From Myxococcota bacterium (GTDB taxonomy: Bacteria; Myxococcota_A; UBA9160; UBA4427): a stretch of DNA of 64,000 nt. A program made the translations under genes and the position numbers. Position 1 is the stretch's first letter. Each line of letters opens with the position of its first letter. The stretch spans positions 1 through 64,000 of the forward strand of contig JAYZFK010000005.1 in NCBI GenBank assembly GCA_036336835.1, written 5' to 3'. Below the pieces are notes generated by a model. That model worked only from the letters and a program-made list of their open reading frames with translations. It made no database searches and was not told where the DNA came from. Shown here one piece after another: positions 54,648-64,000 of the stretch.

Positions 54648-56518
54648 CTCGCCGTCTCCGCATCTTCCAGGCGCTCGAAGCCGCGCGCGTCGAGTGCCTC
54701 GAGCGCGTCGTCCATGTCCGGGATGTGGAGCGCCACCGCGACGACATCGCCTTCCGCCGGCTGGTAGTCGCTCGACATGGGCCGCATGGGCTGCGAGCCG
54801 CGCTGCATGGACAGCATCACCAGGCGTTCGCCGATCGGCGGCGGATCGCGCACCGGCTCGTCCTCGGACGGCGTTTCGGGCAGGCGAGCCGGATCGAAGC
54901 GAAAGCGCCCCACCTCGACGTCGCCGTGGCGTAGGCGCACATCCCAGCGCTCGATGTCGTGGACGGCGTCGAACGCGATCTCGGCCTCTTCGTTCTGCAC
55001 GAGCTCGGCGGCCATTCCGGTCTCGATCGCCTGCACGGCGACATAGTTCTTGGGAACGTGGAAGAGCTCGTGAGCCCGATTGACGAAGACGGCGTTCACG
55101 GTCTGGTTCGGGGTGATGCCGATCGCCGTCTCGACGCACTCGAGCTGTGCGCGTTGCAGCGTTCGCTCTTCCAGCGCATTGCCGAAGACGACCGTGAAGC
55201 CAGCCTCCTGTGCCTGCCGACACGTCTGCGGGTTCGAGTCGAGGATCACCACTGGCACGCCCCCGCGCCGAAGCTCTTCCGCCAGCAGGAAACCGAGCCC
55301 CTGCGCACCGAGGATCGCGACGCCCTCGCGCTTCGGGAGCTTGACGCCGAGGACGCGCGCTGCCAGGCCGGCCGTGAGCCCCGCCTGCAGCACGGTGCCG
55401 ACGATGGTGAGGAAGACCAGCGCGCGCAGCTCGCGGCCCCCGTCCAGCCCGTTCTTCTCCATCGCCGCCGCAACCAACGACGCCATCGCCGCCGCCACGA
55501 TCCCACGCGGCGCAACCCAGCTGATGAATGCCCGCTCGCGGGCGCTGAGATCCGACCCGCTCGTCGAGAGCACCACGACCAGTGGGCGCACCGCGAAGAC
55601 GAGTGCTCCGACCACGGCGAGTCCCGGCCAGCCGAGCGCTACGACGTCGGCGAGTCGCACGTCCGCCGCCAGCATCACGAACAGCAGACCGATCAGCAGG
55701 ATCGTCAGCTGATCCTTGAACTCGCGCAGGTCTCGATCGACCGGGGTGCGCATGTTGCCGACCGTCACGCCGGCGATGGTCACCGCGAGGATGCCGCTCT
55801 GCGCCACCAGCTCGTCGGCCAGCACGAACACCAGAAGCACCATCGCGAGCACGAAGATGTTCTCGTGACCCTGCGGAACCAACCGTCGGATGCGCAGCAG
55901 GAGGCCCAGCATCAGGCCGGACAGCAGACCAATGGCGGTGCCGACACCGACGCGCAGCACGAGATCGGCGGCACCCACTGCCGCGCGCTCGGGCGCGACC
56001 ACGACCTCGAGCACGAGCAGAGCCAGGATCGCACCGACCGGGTCGATCAGGACGCCCTCGGCATTGAGCACCGTGGCGACCCGGGGGCGGAGCCGCATCT
56101 GCGAGACGAGCGGGCCGACGACCGTCGGACCGGTCACGACGACCAGGCTGCCGAACAGCACGGACTGCTGCCACGTCCAGTCGAGGATCCAGGCGGCGGT
56201 GAGCGAAGCGAGGCCGAGCGTCAGGATCGCGCCCGACAGCACCAGGTGGCGGATCGCAGACTGCTCGCGCCGCAGTCGCGAGATCTGGAGGTTCAGCCCG
56301 CCCTCGAACAGGATCACCGCGACCGCAATGTCGACGATGGCAAAGAAGCCTTCGCCGAGTGCACGCGGCTGCACCAGACCGAGGCCGTCCGGGCCGAGCG
56401 CGGCCCCGGCCAGCAGCAGGATCACGATGCCCGGCAGGCGCAGGTGGCGCGCGACGGACTGGCACAGGACGCCCGCCGCCAATGCCAGCACCAGGGTGAA
56501 TGCTGCGTGCCCGTCCAC
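54626..56518 (-). CDS. CPA1 (NhaP-type) cation:proton antiporter with TrkA-N/RCK domain
   Basis: [28 protein letters not shown]; then ILGA..LG, DSN, GNAL. Confidence 0.9.
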   Translation of the reverse strand: MDGHAAFTLVLALAAGVLCQSVARHLRLPGIVILLLAGAALGPDGLGLVQPRALGEGFFAIVDIAVAVILFEGGLNLQISRLRREQSAIRHLVLSGAILTLGLASLTAAWILDWTWQQSVLFGSLVVVTGPTVVGPLVSQMRLRPRVATVLNAEGVLIDPVGAILALLVLEVVVAPERAAVGAADLVLRVGVGTAIGLLSGLMLGLLLRIRRLVPQGHENIFVLAMVLLVFVLADELVAQSGILAVTIAGVTVGNMRTPVDRDLREFKDQLTILLIGLLFVMLAADVRLADVVALGWPGLAVVGALVFAVRPLVVVLSTSGSDLSARERAFISWVAPRGIVAAAMASLVAAAMEKNGLDGGRELRALVFLTIVGTVLQAGLTAGLAARVLGVKLPKREGVAILGAQGLGFLLAEELRRGGVPVVILDSNPQTCRQAQEAGFTVVFGNALEERTLQRAQLECVETAIGITPNQTVNAVFVNRAHELFHVPKNYVAVQAIETGMAAELVQNEEAEIAFDAVHDIERWDVRLRHGDVEVGRFRFDPARLPETPSEDEPVRDPPPIGERLVMLSMQRGSQPMRPMSSDYQPAEGDVVAVALHIPDMDDALEALDARGFERLEDAETASQSAGSA

Positions 56519-56639
56519 GGCCTCGGACCTTACCCCTCCGCGGCCCCGCCGCGCCCGCCCCGGCGACCACACCGGCCGAACGGGATGGCTCGATGCTCCG
56601 CGGGGGCGGAATCTGCAGACTGGGGTGTAGACTCGATCC

Positions 56640-57656
56640 ATGGCTGCTCGCAAGACCGCCCGCAAGAAGAAGACGACGCGCAAACGGGCTCCCGCGAGCA
56701 AGCGCCTCACCCCTCGCAAGGAGAAACGAGGCCTCGAAGCCAACCAGGTGCGCCTCGAGCTCGACGCAGCCGAGATCGCGCCCCTGGTCGCAGAGGTGGA
56801 GCGCGCTGGCGGAGCTCCGATCGGCGCCTATCGCGAGCCGTTCTCCGGCCGACCTCAGCTGCTGGCATCGCTGCCGATCGCGGCCGTCGAGCCAACGCCC
56901 TTCCAGCGCGATCTGTCGCCCACGCACACCAAGCGGCTCGCGGCCAAGATCGAGGAGAGCGGCAGCTTCCTCGATCCACTGATCGTAGTGCGCGGCGAGG
57001 GAGGCCAGCTGTGGACGCCGAACGGGCGACATCGATTGGCCGCGGCGAAGCTGCTGGGACTCAAGCAGATCACTGCGCTGATCTCGCCCGACGAGGACCT
57101 CGCCTTCAAGATCCTGGCGCTCAACACGGAGAAGGCCCACAACCTGAAGGACAAGAGCCTCGAGGTCATCCGCATGGCGCGCGAGCTGGCGCGGCGGAAC
57201 AAGCGTTCGAAGAAGACAGAGACCGACTACGCCGCGGAGTTCGAGTCCCCCGAGCTGATCACGCTAGGCGTGGTGTACGAAGGCCAGGGGCGCTTCGCCG
57301 GCGGCGCCTACAATCCGGTGCTGCGCAAGCTCGACCGCTTCTCGAGCAAGTCGCTCGCTACCAGTCTGCGCGAGCGAGAAGGCTATGCGGCGCGATTGGT
57401 CGGGATCGACGCCGAGGTCAAGCGCATCATCGCCGAGCTCCAGGGCCGCGGCTTCAAGTCGCCCTGCCTGCGAAGCTACGTGGTCGCTCGCATCAATCCC
57501 GTGCGCTTCCACCGCGCCAAGCAGGGAGATGCGAAGCCGCCGATGGCGATGGGCGCCGGGCTCACCCGAATGGCGGCCTCGGCTCGCAAGCTCGACACGT
57601 CGAGCATCCGCCACAGCGAGCTCGCTCTGGTCGCCGCCGTCGCCAGCGACGAATGA
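56640..57656 (+). CDS. ParB/Srx N-terminal domain protein with basic N-terminal tail
   Basis: [27 protein letters not shown]-terminal [15 protein letters not shown]. Confidence 0.82.
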   Translation: MAARKTARKKKTTRKRAPASKRLTPRKEKRGLEANQVRLELDAAEIAPLVAEVERAGGAPIGAYREPFSGRPQLLASLPIAAVEPTPFQRDLSPTHTKRLAAKIEESGSFLDPLIVVRGEGGQLWTPNGRHRLAAAKLLGLKQITALISPDEDLAFKILALNTEKAHNLKDKSLEVIRMARELARRNKRSKKTETDYAAEFESPELITLGVVYEGQGRFAGGAYNPVLRKLDRFSSKSLATSLREREGYAARLVGIDAEVKRIIAELQGRGFKSPCLRSYVVARINPVRFHRAKQGDAKPPMAMGAGLTRMAASARKLDTSSIRHSELALVAAVASDE

Positions 57657-57964
57657 CCGCGGTCCGCGCGCGCGTGCTCGTGAGCGGTCGCGTGCAGGGC
57701 GTGTGGTTCCGCGAATCCACACGCGAACGCGCCGGCGCACTCGGCCTGACGGGTTGGGTGCGCAACCTGCCCGATGGCCGCGTCGAGGCGTTGTTCGAGG
57801 GCGAGCGCGGCGCCGTCGCTGAAGCAATCGAGTTCGTGCGCGAGGGTCCGCCGCTGGCGCGCGTGGTCTCCGCGGAGGTCGCCGAATACGAGGAGGCCGC
57901 TCCCACGGAGGACGCGTTTCGCGTCCCCCTGGCGGGTCGGCCGCACCGACAGCGCGAAGCGTGA
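57653..57964 (+). CDS. acyP: Acylphosphatase
   Basis: [33 protein letters not shown] overlaps upstream stop. Confidence 0.92.
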   Translation: MTAVRARVLVSGRVQGVWFRESTRERAGALGLTGWVRNLPDGRVEALFEGERGAVAEAIEFVREGPPLARVVSAEVAEYEEAAPTEDAFRVPLAGRPHRQREA

Positions 57965-58232
57965 GCGGGGCGCTCGGGTCCCGATCTTCGCACCGGCCGG
58001 TCGGGTCGTGATCACAGCGACCGATATCCGGAGCTTCGGGCTCCGCGTTCCGGCCGCGCCGCCAATTCGGTTGCCTCCCGGCTGTCACTGCGAGCACTGC
58101 TGGTCTTCTCACGACCGCGGTGTCGCGCGCCAGTGCCGACGAGCAGCTGGCCGTAGCGCCGAGAACGACGGCGGATCCAGCCGACCCGCCTGCGGCGGCT
58201 GACGCGCCGAACGCGCTATCTCTCGGGTCGCC

Positions 58233-61037
58233 TTGCAAGCACGCCTGCTCGCCTTCCTGTCCGGCATCCCCGCCCTGGTCTACCAGGTGGTGTGGACGCG
58301 CGAGGTGGCGCTGCTTGCGGGCAGCCAGCTCGACGCGATCGCAACCGTGGTGGCGACCTACTTCGGCGGCCTCGCGCTCGGCTCGCGCGTGTTGGGCGAG
58401 CGCGTCGATCGCTCTCCGCGCCCGCTGCGCTTCTACGCGCTGCTAGAGCTTCTGGCAGCTGCCCTGACCCTCGCTGCGACGCTGATGCTGCGGGCGCTGG
58501 GCACACACGCGCCCGCCGGCGCAGCGGACTGGTGGGGCTCGCCGGCCGTGCTCGCGGCGAGCGGCGCGCTGGTGCTGCCGGTGACCTTTCTGCTCGGCGG
58601 CACCCAGCCAGCACTGCTGCGCAGCACGGGCGAGACCAGCCGGCGAGCCACGGGGCCTGCTGGGGAGATCCAGGGAGTCAACACGCTCGGGGCCGTGATT
58701 GGCGTGATCCTCGCCGCCCTGGCAATTCCCTGGCTCGGGCTGTGGACGACCCTGTGCACCGCGGCCGGGCTGGCGGCGAGCGTGGGCGGGCTCGCGCTCG
58801 CCCTCGACGCCACTGGCAAGCGCGCAGAGCCGATCGAACCCGACCGGCAGGAGCCGCGCGCGCCCCGAGCGCTCCCAGTGCGCATCCTGGCACTTGCGGC
58901 GGCCGCGGGCGTCGCCACGCTGGGCTACGAGGTGCTGGCGGTCCGGATGGCGTCGATCCGGCTGGGATCGTCGCTGTATGCCTGGACACTGGTGCTCTCC
59001 GTATTCCTTGCGGGCCTGGCAGCCGGCAACGTGGCATTGGCGAGCACCGCCTCGCAGACCCGACGCCCAGCGCGGCTGCTCGGCCGCATCGAGTTGGCCA
59101 GTGCGCTCGCACTCGCGCTCGGACTGGTGGCGATCCACCCTCCCCTCGCGCACAGCGCCGCCGGGGTCGAAGCCCGCGCGCTGCTCGCAGTGGTGCTGGG
59201 CGTGCTCCCCGCCGCCTTCTGCATGGGGGGCGCCTTCCCGCTGTTTGCCCGGCTCGTGCTCGACGCAACCCCCGGTCGCAGCTTCGGCGCGCTCGTCGCC
59301 TGGAACACGGCGGGAGGCATTGCCGGGGCGCTGCTGACGCCGGTCCTCTTGCTTCCCGTGTTCGGAATGGCCGGCGGAGTATTGGTGTGTGCGGGCATCA
59401 ACCTGGCGGTCGGCTTCGGCGTGCTCGTCTGGACACCGCGCAAGACCGAATCCAGCAGGCTGGGCCCGGCCACGCTGGCCTCGGGCGTGGCATTCGCCGG
59501 CGCCGCGGCGCTCGGCTGGCTCGGCGTGCGCCAGGCGCAGCCACTGGGTGCGATTCACATCGAGCACGGACGCCTCGTGTCGGCCGTGGTCGTGGCGCAC
59601 CGGGGCGAGCGCGAGTTGATCGTCGACGGCGACCAGGAAGCACACACCGCGCCCGAGGCGCGCCTCGCCGAAGAGTTGCTCGCTGCGGTGCCCCTGGCTG
59701 TGCACCCGGCACCGAGGCGCTTTCTCGAAATCGGCTTCGGCGCCGGCATCACCCTCGGCACCGCCTCGCGCTTTCCGCTCGAGCGCCTGGAGTGCGTCGA
59801 AATCGCCGGCGCAGTGCTTCGTTCGGCTCCGTGGATGGAGCCCGCCAACCGCGGAGTCCTGCGTGACCCGCGGCTCACGCTGTACGACCTGGATGCGCGC
59901 GCGTTTCTGCGGGGTGTAACGCCCGTCTACGATGTGGTGGTCGCCAACACCCTCCACCCCTGGTCGCTGGGCGCGACCGGACTCTACTCGGTCGAGTACT
60001 TCTCGCGGCTGCGCGCCGGCCTGGCTCCCGGCGGCATCGCCACACAGTGGATCCCGGCCTCCGGGATCGCGTCGGCCAGCTTCCGCGCGATCCTGCGGAC
60101 GTTCTTCGAGGCATTCGAGCACGGAGTCGTGCTGTGGGGTGAGGACAATGTGATCCTGCTCGGCTCCGCACAGGTCATCGAGCTGCCCGAGCCCGGCGTC
60201 TTGGTCGCGCGGCTGGCCGGCGCGGAACTCGATCCGCGTGCGCTTCGGCTCGCGGGGCCCGGAGGCGATTCGCTCGCGGCGCGCCGGATCGGCGAGGCGA
60301 GCGACGTCCGCGAGGTCGTCGACCGGGACGAGATCCTGCGCGATGACCGACCGCGACTCGAAGCCGACGCCGCCTTCGGCGTCGCGCGCCGCAACTCGGG
60401 GATCTACCGCCTGCTGGTCGAGCTGGCGACCCGTGCCAACGCGCGGCACGCCGCCTCGCCGGAGCTGTTGCTCTGGCTCGAATCCCGGGCGGCGAGGCTG
60501 GGCAGCGAGCCCGACCGCGCGAGCGCGCGCGAGGCACTCGCCGAGCAGCAGGGACTGGCGCTCGCGCGCCGGAGTCACGCCAGGCGAATCGCAGCCCAGG
60601 CGAGCGACCAGTTGCGACTGGGCGATCGCACGAGAGCAGGGTCTTTGTACGTCCGCGCGCAGGAGATCGACCCCACATTCCGCGGCAGCTCGCTCGCGCG
60701 GTCCATGCTCGCCCGCGACGAGGGCCAGCCCGAGCGCGCGGCGCAGCTCCTCGAGCGGTGGCTACAGCTGCACCCCGACGATCCGGAAGCCTGGAACGAC
60801 CTCGCGAGTCTGCTGGCGGAGACGGGCCAGCTCGAGCGTGCGGAGCGCGCCGTCGAGCAGGCACTCGCCAGCAACCCCTTCTTTCCCGAAGCGCTCGCCA
60901 ACGCCGGGCTCCTGGCCGTCGCGCGCGGCGACCCGGAGCGCGCGCGCGCGCTGCGCGACCGCCTCGCAGCGCTCGAGCACGGGCGGCCACGCGCCGAACT
61001 CGAGGCACTCGAGCAAGCGCTCGAGCGGGGTCGCTGA
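58233..61037 (+). CDS. Fused MFS-like / spermidine synthase-like membrane protein with C-terminal TPRs
   Basis: SG..ALVYQVVW, NTLG, GYEV, LEIGFGAGIT, VEI, DAR.FL, LYSVEYF, L.PGG...QW; TPRs at C-terminus. Confidence 0.85.
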   Translation: MQARLLAFLSGIPALVYQVVWTREVALLAGSQLDAIATVVATYFGGLALGSRVLGERVDRSPRPLRFYALLELLAAALTLAATLMLRALGTHAPAGAADWWGSPAVLAASGALVLPVTFLLGGTQPALLRSTGETSRRATGPAGEIQGVNTLGAVIGVILAALAIPWLGLWTTLCTAAGLAASVGGLALALDATGKRAEPIEPDRQEPRAPRALPVRILALAAAAGVATLGYEVLAVRMASIRLGSSLYAWTLVLSVFLAGLAAGNVALASTASQTRRPARLLGRIELASALALALGLVAIHPPLAHSAAGVEARALLAVVLGVLPAAFCMGGAFPLFARLVLDATPGRSFGALVAWNTAGGIAGALLTPVLLLPVFGMAGGVLVCAGINLAVGFGVLVWTPRKTESSRLGPATLASGVAFAGAAALGWLGVRQAQPLGAIHIEHGRLVSAVVVAHRGERELIVDGDQEAHTAPEARLAEELLAAVPLAVHPAPRRFLEIGFGAGITLGTASRFPLERLECVEIAGAVLRSAPWMEPANRGVLRDPRLTLYDLDARAFLRGVTPVYDVVVANTLHPWSLGATGLYSVEYFSRLRAGLAPGGIATQWIPASGIASASFRAILRTFFEAFEHGVVLWGEDNVILLGSAQVIELPEPGVLVARLAGAELDPRALRLAGPGGDSLAARRIGEASDVREVVDRDEILRDDRPRLEADAAFGVARRNSGIYRLLVELATRANARHAASPELLLWLESRAARLGSEPDRASAREALAEQQGLALARRSHARRIAAQASDQLRLGDRTRAGSLYVRAQEIDPTFRGSSLARSMLARDEGQPERAAQLLERWLQLHPDDPEAWNDLASLLAETGQLERAERAVEQALASNPFFPEALANAGLLAVARGDPERARALRDRLAALEHGRPRAELEALEQALERGR

Positions 61038-61146
61038 TCGCACCACGCTGGACATCCGGTCAGCGCGGGGTCGGGCGGTCGAGTGAGCCAGTGGCGAGCA
61101 GTCGGCGTAGACCGGTGGGAGTGCCTCGCCCGGTCCAGACCCCGAT

Positions 61147-61830
61147 CTAACTGCGTCGAGAGCGATGTGCCCCCACCCCGATCCAGAGCAGCAGGCCAGC
61201 CTGAAGCAGCATCCCGGCCCCGGGTTCGGGAACGGGAGCGGAAGCGGTCGTGCCCTGCACGGTGAAGTCCGTCCCCGAGCTCACCATGAAGGTCACGGTC
61301 TGCCCGGCCGCAATGTCGCCCTCGGACGTGTGGGTCACGAACAGCCGGACGCTCGTCTGGTTGGCGGCGAGGGGCGTGCCGAACGTGAACACACCAGCCA
61401 GCGTGCTCACACTGTCCGCCAGCACCGAGGTCGGCCCGATGTCGCCGGAGCCGGTGTCATCGAACGCACCCGCGGATTGCGGATTCAGGAAGAAGAACGG
61501 GCTGCCCACCGTGATGCCGAGCGCGTCGACCGACGACGAGCCCGAGTTCAAGATGAGGTCGACGACGAAGATGTCCTGGCCCGTGCTGGAGGTGGAGGCA
61601 CCCCCTTCATTGGGAGTCAGATTGCCGCCGACGTCCGACAACAGGAGACTTCCCGAGAGGTCGAACACCGGGCGCAGCACACCATCGACGCCGAGCGCGT
61701 TGTTGCCGCTATCGATGACGACCGGCGAATCGAGGGTAAATGCCAACGCGCTGGCAGTGCCGGCAGCGCAGACGTACAGCATCACCGCAGCGGCAGCTGC
61801 CACCGCCTGCAGCGCGCGAGGGAACTCCAT
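61147..61830 (-). CDS. PEP-CTERM sorting protein (Ser/Thr/Gly-rich beta domain)
   Basis: AAGGAG RBS; signal peptide ending ASA; C-terminal VPEP + hydrophobic helix + HRSRRS. Confidence 0.85.
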   Translation of the reverse strand: MEFPRALQAVAAAAAVMLYVCAAGTASALAFTLDSPVVIDSGNNALGVDGVLRPVFDLSGSLLLSDVGGNLTPNEGGASTSSTGQDIFVVDLILNSGSSSVDALGITVGSPFFFLNPQSAGAFDDTGSGDIGPTSVLADSVSTLAGVFTFGTPLAANQTSVRLFVTHTSEGDIAAGQTVTFMVSSGTDFTVQGTTASAPVPEPGAGMLLQAGLLLWIGVGAHRSRRS

Positions 61831-61880
61831 TCGGACTGCTCCTTCCGATTGGCTTCCCAGGGGGCCAAGCCTTTAAAGGC

Positions 61881-61897
61881 AGCAAGTTGCATTCCAA
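61881..61897 (-). promoter_or_regulatory. Sigma-54 (-24/-12) promoter of the second PEP-CTERM gene
   Basis: Minus strand TTGGAATGCAACTTGCT = TGG-N10-GC ending TTGCT; IHF-like CAA-N4-TTA at 61930-61942. Confidence 0.72.
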
Positions 61898-62002
61898 GTG
61901 CCCCGCTGGGCGCTCATTTCTGCTTAGATTTCCAAGGGGTTAATATTGCAGTGGAAATCCGATCCAAACAAACGACGTGCTCAGCGCAGTCGAAGATTTT
62001 TG

Positions 62003-62057
62003 GGAATAGATTTTCCACTGATGGCGCCGAATGGGCAGCGGACGGAAAAGTTTTTCA
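62003..62057. promoter_or_regulatory. Two GGAA-N6-TTC(C/A) palindromes, candidate enhancer sites
   Basis: GGAATAGATTTTCC (62003-62016) and GGAAAAGTTTTTCA (62044-62057), 41 bp apart. Confidence 0.55.
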
Positions 62058-62073
62058 TAGGCGACGTGCGGCA

Positions 62074-63342
62074 TCAGCGCCGATCGCGTGCCAGACGCAG
62101 CCCGGAAAACTGCCAGCGCGCGGCGGCCGGGAAGAAGTTGCGGTAGCTCGCGCGCAGATGGCTCCGGGGCGTGACGCACGAGCCGCCCCGCAAGACCCAC
62201 TGGTCGGCCATGAACTTCCCGTTGTACTCGCCCAGAGCCCCATCGAGAGGCCGATAGCCTGGGTACCCCGTGTAGGGACTGGCGGTCCACTCCCAGACAT
62301 CCCCAAAGAGGTTGCCGAAACGGCGGTGGGGGTCGACGGGAGCCGAGGCAGGCTGCAGGCGACGGCTCTCGACGAAGTTGCCTTCGACCGGATTCCCCAG
62401 CGCCGCGATCTCCCACTCCTGCTCGCGAGGAAGACGCGCCCCCGACCAGGTCGCATAGGCATCGGCCTCGTAGTAGCTGACGTGACAGACGGGCTCGGGG
62501 CCTCGTACCGGGCACAGGCCACCCAGCGTGAAGGTCCACCACTCCCCGTCGCGCTGGCGCCAGTAGAGCGGAGCTCTCCACTCCTGGGCCTGGACGGTCG
62601 TCCAGCCATCGGAGAGCCAGAGCTCGGGTCGCCGGTAGCCTCCGTCGTCGATGAACGCGCGCCACTGCGCATTGGTCACCGGGCGCGAAGCGAGCTCGAA
62701 CGCCTCGAGGAAGACGCGGTGACGCGGCCGCTCGTTGTCGAACGAGAAGCCGGCCGCCTGCGACCCGACCTCCACCAGACCTTCGTCGAAGCCGCGCCAC
62801 TCGAATGGCGCCGCCTCGAATTCGCACTCGTCATCGACCGGGGCACGGTATACCGGACCGTTCGGGTGGAATGACAGCGCGTGCTTCAGATCGGTGAGCA
62901 GGAGCTCCTGGTGCTGCTGCTCGTGCTGCAGGCCCAGCTCGATCCGCTCGGCGAGCTCGTTCGACGAGCTTGGGTCGCTGAGGAGCCGCCCGATCTCGTC
63001 GTCGACGAAGACCCGATAGCGCTCGATCTCCGCCATGCCGGGCCGTGTAATCAGTCCGCGCTGTGGGCGCGGATACTGCTCTCCAACTCCGTTGTAGTAC
63101 GAGTTGAAGAGCACCCGAAAGCTCGGGTCGAAGGGCGTGAACTCCCCGAGAGGAGAGGCGAAACGCTCGAGCACGAACGTTTCGAAGAACCACGTGGTGT
63201 GCGCCAGGTGCCACTTCACGGGGCTTGCATCCGGCATCGACTGCACCGTGCAGTCGGCCTCGGACAACGACGCCGCCAGGCCCAGCGTGGTGCCGCGGAT
63301 GGCGCTGTAGCGTTTCGCGAGATCGATTTGGCTCGTCATCAC
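62074..63342 (-). CDS. egtB: Ergothioneine biosynthesis sulfoxide synthase EgtB
   Basis: QSMPDASPVKWHLAHTTWFFE, FNSYY, HEQQHQELL, FDNE.P.H, GEYNGKFM, RGGS..TP, YRNFF. Confidence 0.92.
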   Translation of the reverse strand: MMTSQIDLAKRYSAIRGTTLGLAASLSEADCTVQSMPDASPVKWHLAHTTWFFETFVLERFASPLGEFTPFDPSFRVLFNSYYNGVGEQYPRPQRGLITRPGMAEIERYRVFVDDEIGRLLSDPSSSNELAERIELGLQHEQQHQELLLTDLKHALSFHPNGPVYRAPVDDECEFEAAPFEWRGFDEGLVEVGSQAAGFSFDNERPRHRVFLEAFELASRPVTNAQWRAFIDDGGYRRPELWLSDGWTTVQAQEWRAPLYWRQRDGEWWTFTLGGLCPVRGPEPVCHVSYYEADAYATWSGARLPREQEWEIAALGNPVEGNFVESRRLQPASAPVDPHRRFGNLFGDVWEWTASPYTGYPGYRPLDGALGEYNGKFMADQWVLRGGSCVTPRSHLRASYRNFFPAAARWQFSGLRLARDRR

Positions 63343-63361
63343 GGGAAGCGGGCTGACGAGC

Positions 63362-63985
63362 TCACCGTCGCTCGAAGACCTGGAAGCTCTGGCGCTCGAG
63401 GTAGTCGAACTCGGTTTCTAGGGCGTAGCCGGCTGATTCCATTTCGGAGCGGATCGCCTCGGGCGGCGCCGAGTGGCGCTGGAAGAAACCCTCCGGCTTG
63501 TAGTCGATGATCGCGATGCGACCGTCCTCGGTGAGCGCAGCCGCAATGCGTTCGAAGTAGGTAACTCGATCTTCGATGTGATGATAGGTGTTCGAGGTGA
63601 ACACGAGGGAGACGCTCGCGGGCGCAAGCCGGGAATCGTCGTAGGCGGCTTGTACGACCTCGACGTTCGACGCGTTGCGCTCCTCGACGTCCACTCGCAG
63701 GGCCTCGTTCATGCCCTCGTCGACGTCGACGGCAAACACCCGACCGGTATGTCCGACGGCTCTCGCAAGGTGGAAGGTGAAGTAGCCGCCGCCGGAGCCC
63801 AGATCGGCGACCCGCTCGCCGGGCGCGATTGCGAGCGAGTCGATCACGCGCTCCGATTGCTGCCAGGAGGACCGATCGCCCCTTGCATACGCCCAGCGCT
63901 TGATGTCGGTGCAGCCGCTCGTCGCGACCACGGCTGCGAGCAGGACGAGCTTCCACGCTCGGCGCATCGAGAACCCGGTCGTCAA
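63362..63985 (-). CDS. Class I SAM-dependent methyltransferase with lipoprotein-like signal
   Basis: LLAAVVATSGC lipobox; R.SWQ..E.V, VADLGSGGGYFT, NTYHH, IIDY. Confidence 0.82.
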   Translation of the reverse strand: MTTGFSMRRAWKLVLLAAVVATSGCTDIKRWAYARGDRSSWQQSERVIDSLAIAPGERVADLGSGGGYFTFHLARAVGHTGRVFAVDVDEGMNEALRVDVEERNASNVEVVQAAYDDSRLAPASVSLVFTSNTYHHIEDRVTYFERIAAALTEDGRIAIIDYKPEGFFQRHSAPPEAIRSEMESAGYALETEFDYLERQSFQVFERR

Positions 63986-64000
63986 GTGTCCCTCCCAGGG

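Noticed and set aside
53382..57964. 1252-aa and 1001-aa ORFs
   Set aside because: Arg/Ala/Gly-rich shadow frames over the antiporter and ParB genes; only the last 103 aa of the plus ORF (acylphosphatase) are real
62074..63342. FGE-sulfatase domain as the maturase for the three sulfatase-fold proteins
   Set aside because: The DinB-like N-terminus and EgtB motifs identify it as EgtB, and the sulfatase-fold proteins lack the Cys/Ser target
1..64000. CRISPR arrays, tRNA/rRNA genes, transposases, integrases or prophage genes
   Set aside because: None recognised by eye; intergenic spaces are short and lack regularly spaced repeats or tRNA arms. A small ncRNA cannot be excluded without a covariance search

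Overview
A GC-rich (roughly 69%, estimated by eye), gene-dense chromosomal segment. The gene repertoire suggests a diderm bacterium of the Myxococcota type (inference only). I found no rRNA, tRNA, CRISPR array or mobile element. It contains the 3' end of ileS and a pqqB-pqqCD-pqqE operon without a visible pqqA. Next is a cell-surface locus at about 4.1-15.2 kb: a cohesin-like PEP-CTERM protein, a stand-alone TSP3+dockerin-like secreted protein, an exosortase-EpsI fusion, three GT-C-type membrane glycosyltransferases and two Thr-type sulfatase-fold lipoproteins. The rest includes a receptor-like Ser/Thr kinase, metabolic genes (frmA, fused otsAB, ilvD, P450, acyl-CoA enzymes, regBA, egtB) and a second PEP-CTERM gene. 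Two observations stand out. (1) A candidate cohesin-dockerin surface-assembly system anchored by exosortase/PEP-CTERM rather than by sortase or SLH domains. (2) A shared promoter architecture (sigma-54 -24/-12 box plus an upstream GGAA-N6-TTCC palindrome) in front of three distant secreted-protein transcription units, which defines a candidate regulon. All family calls come from motif recognition by eye, not from database searches.
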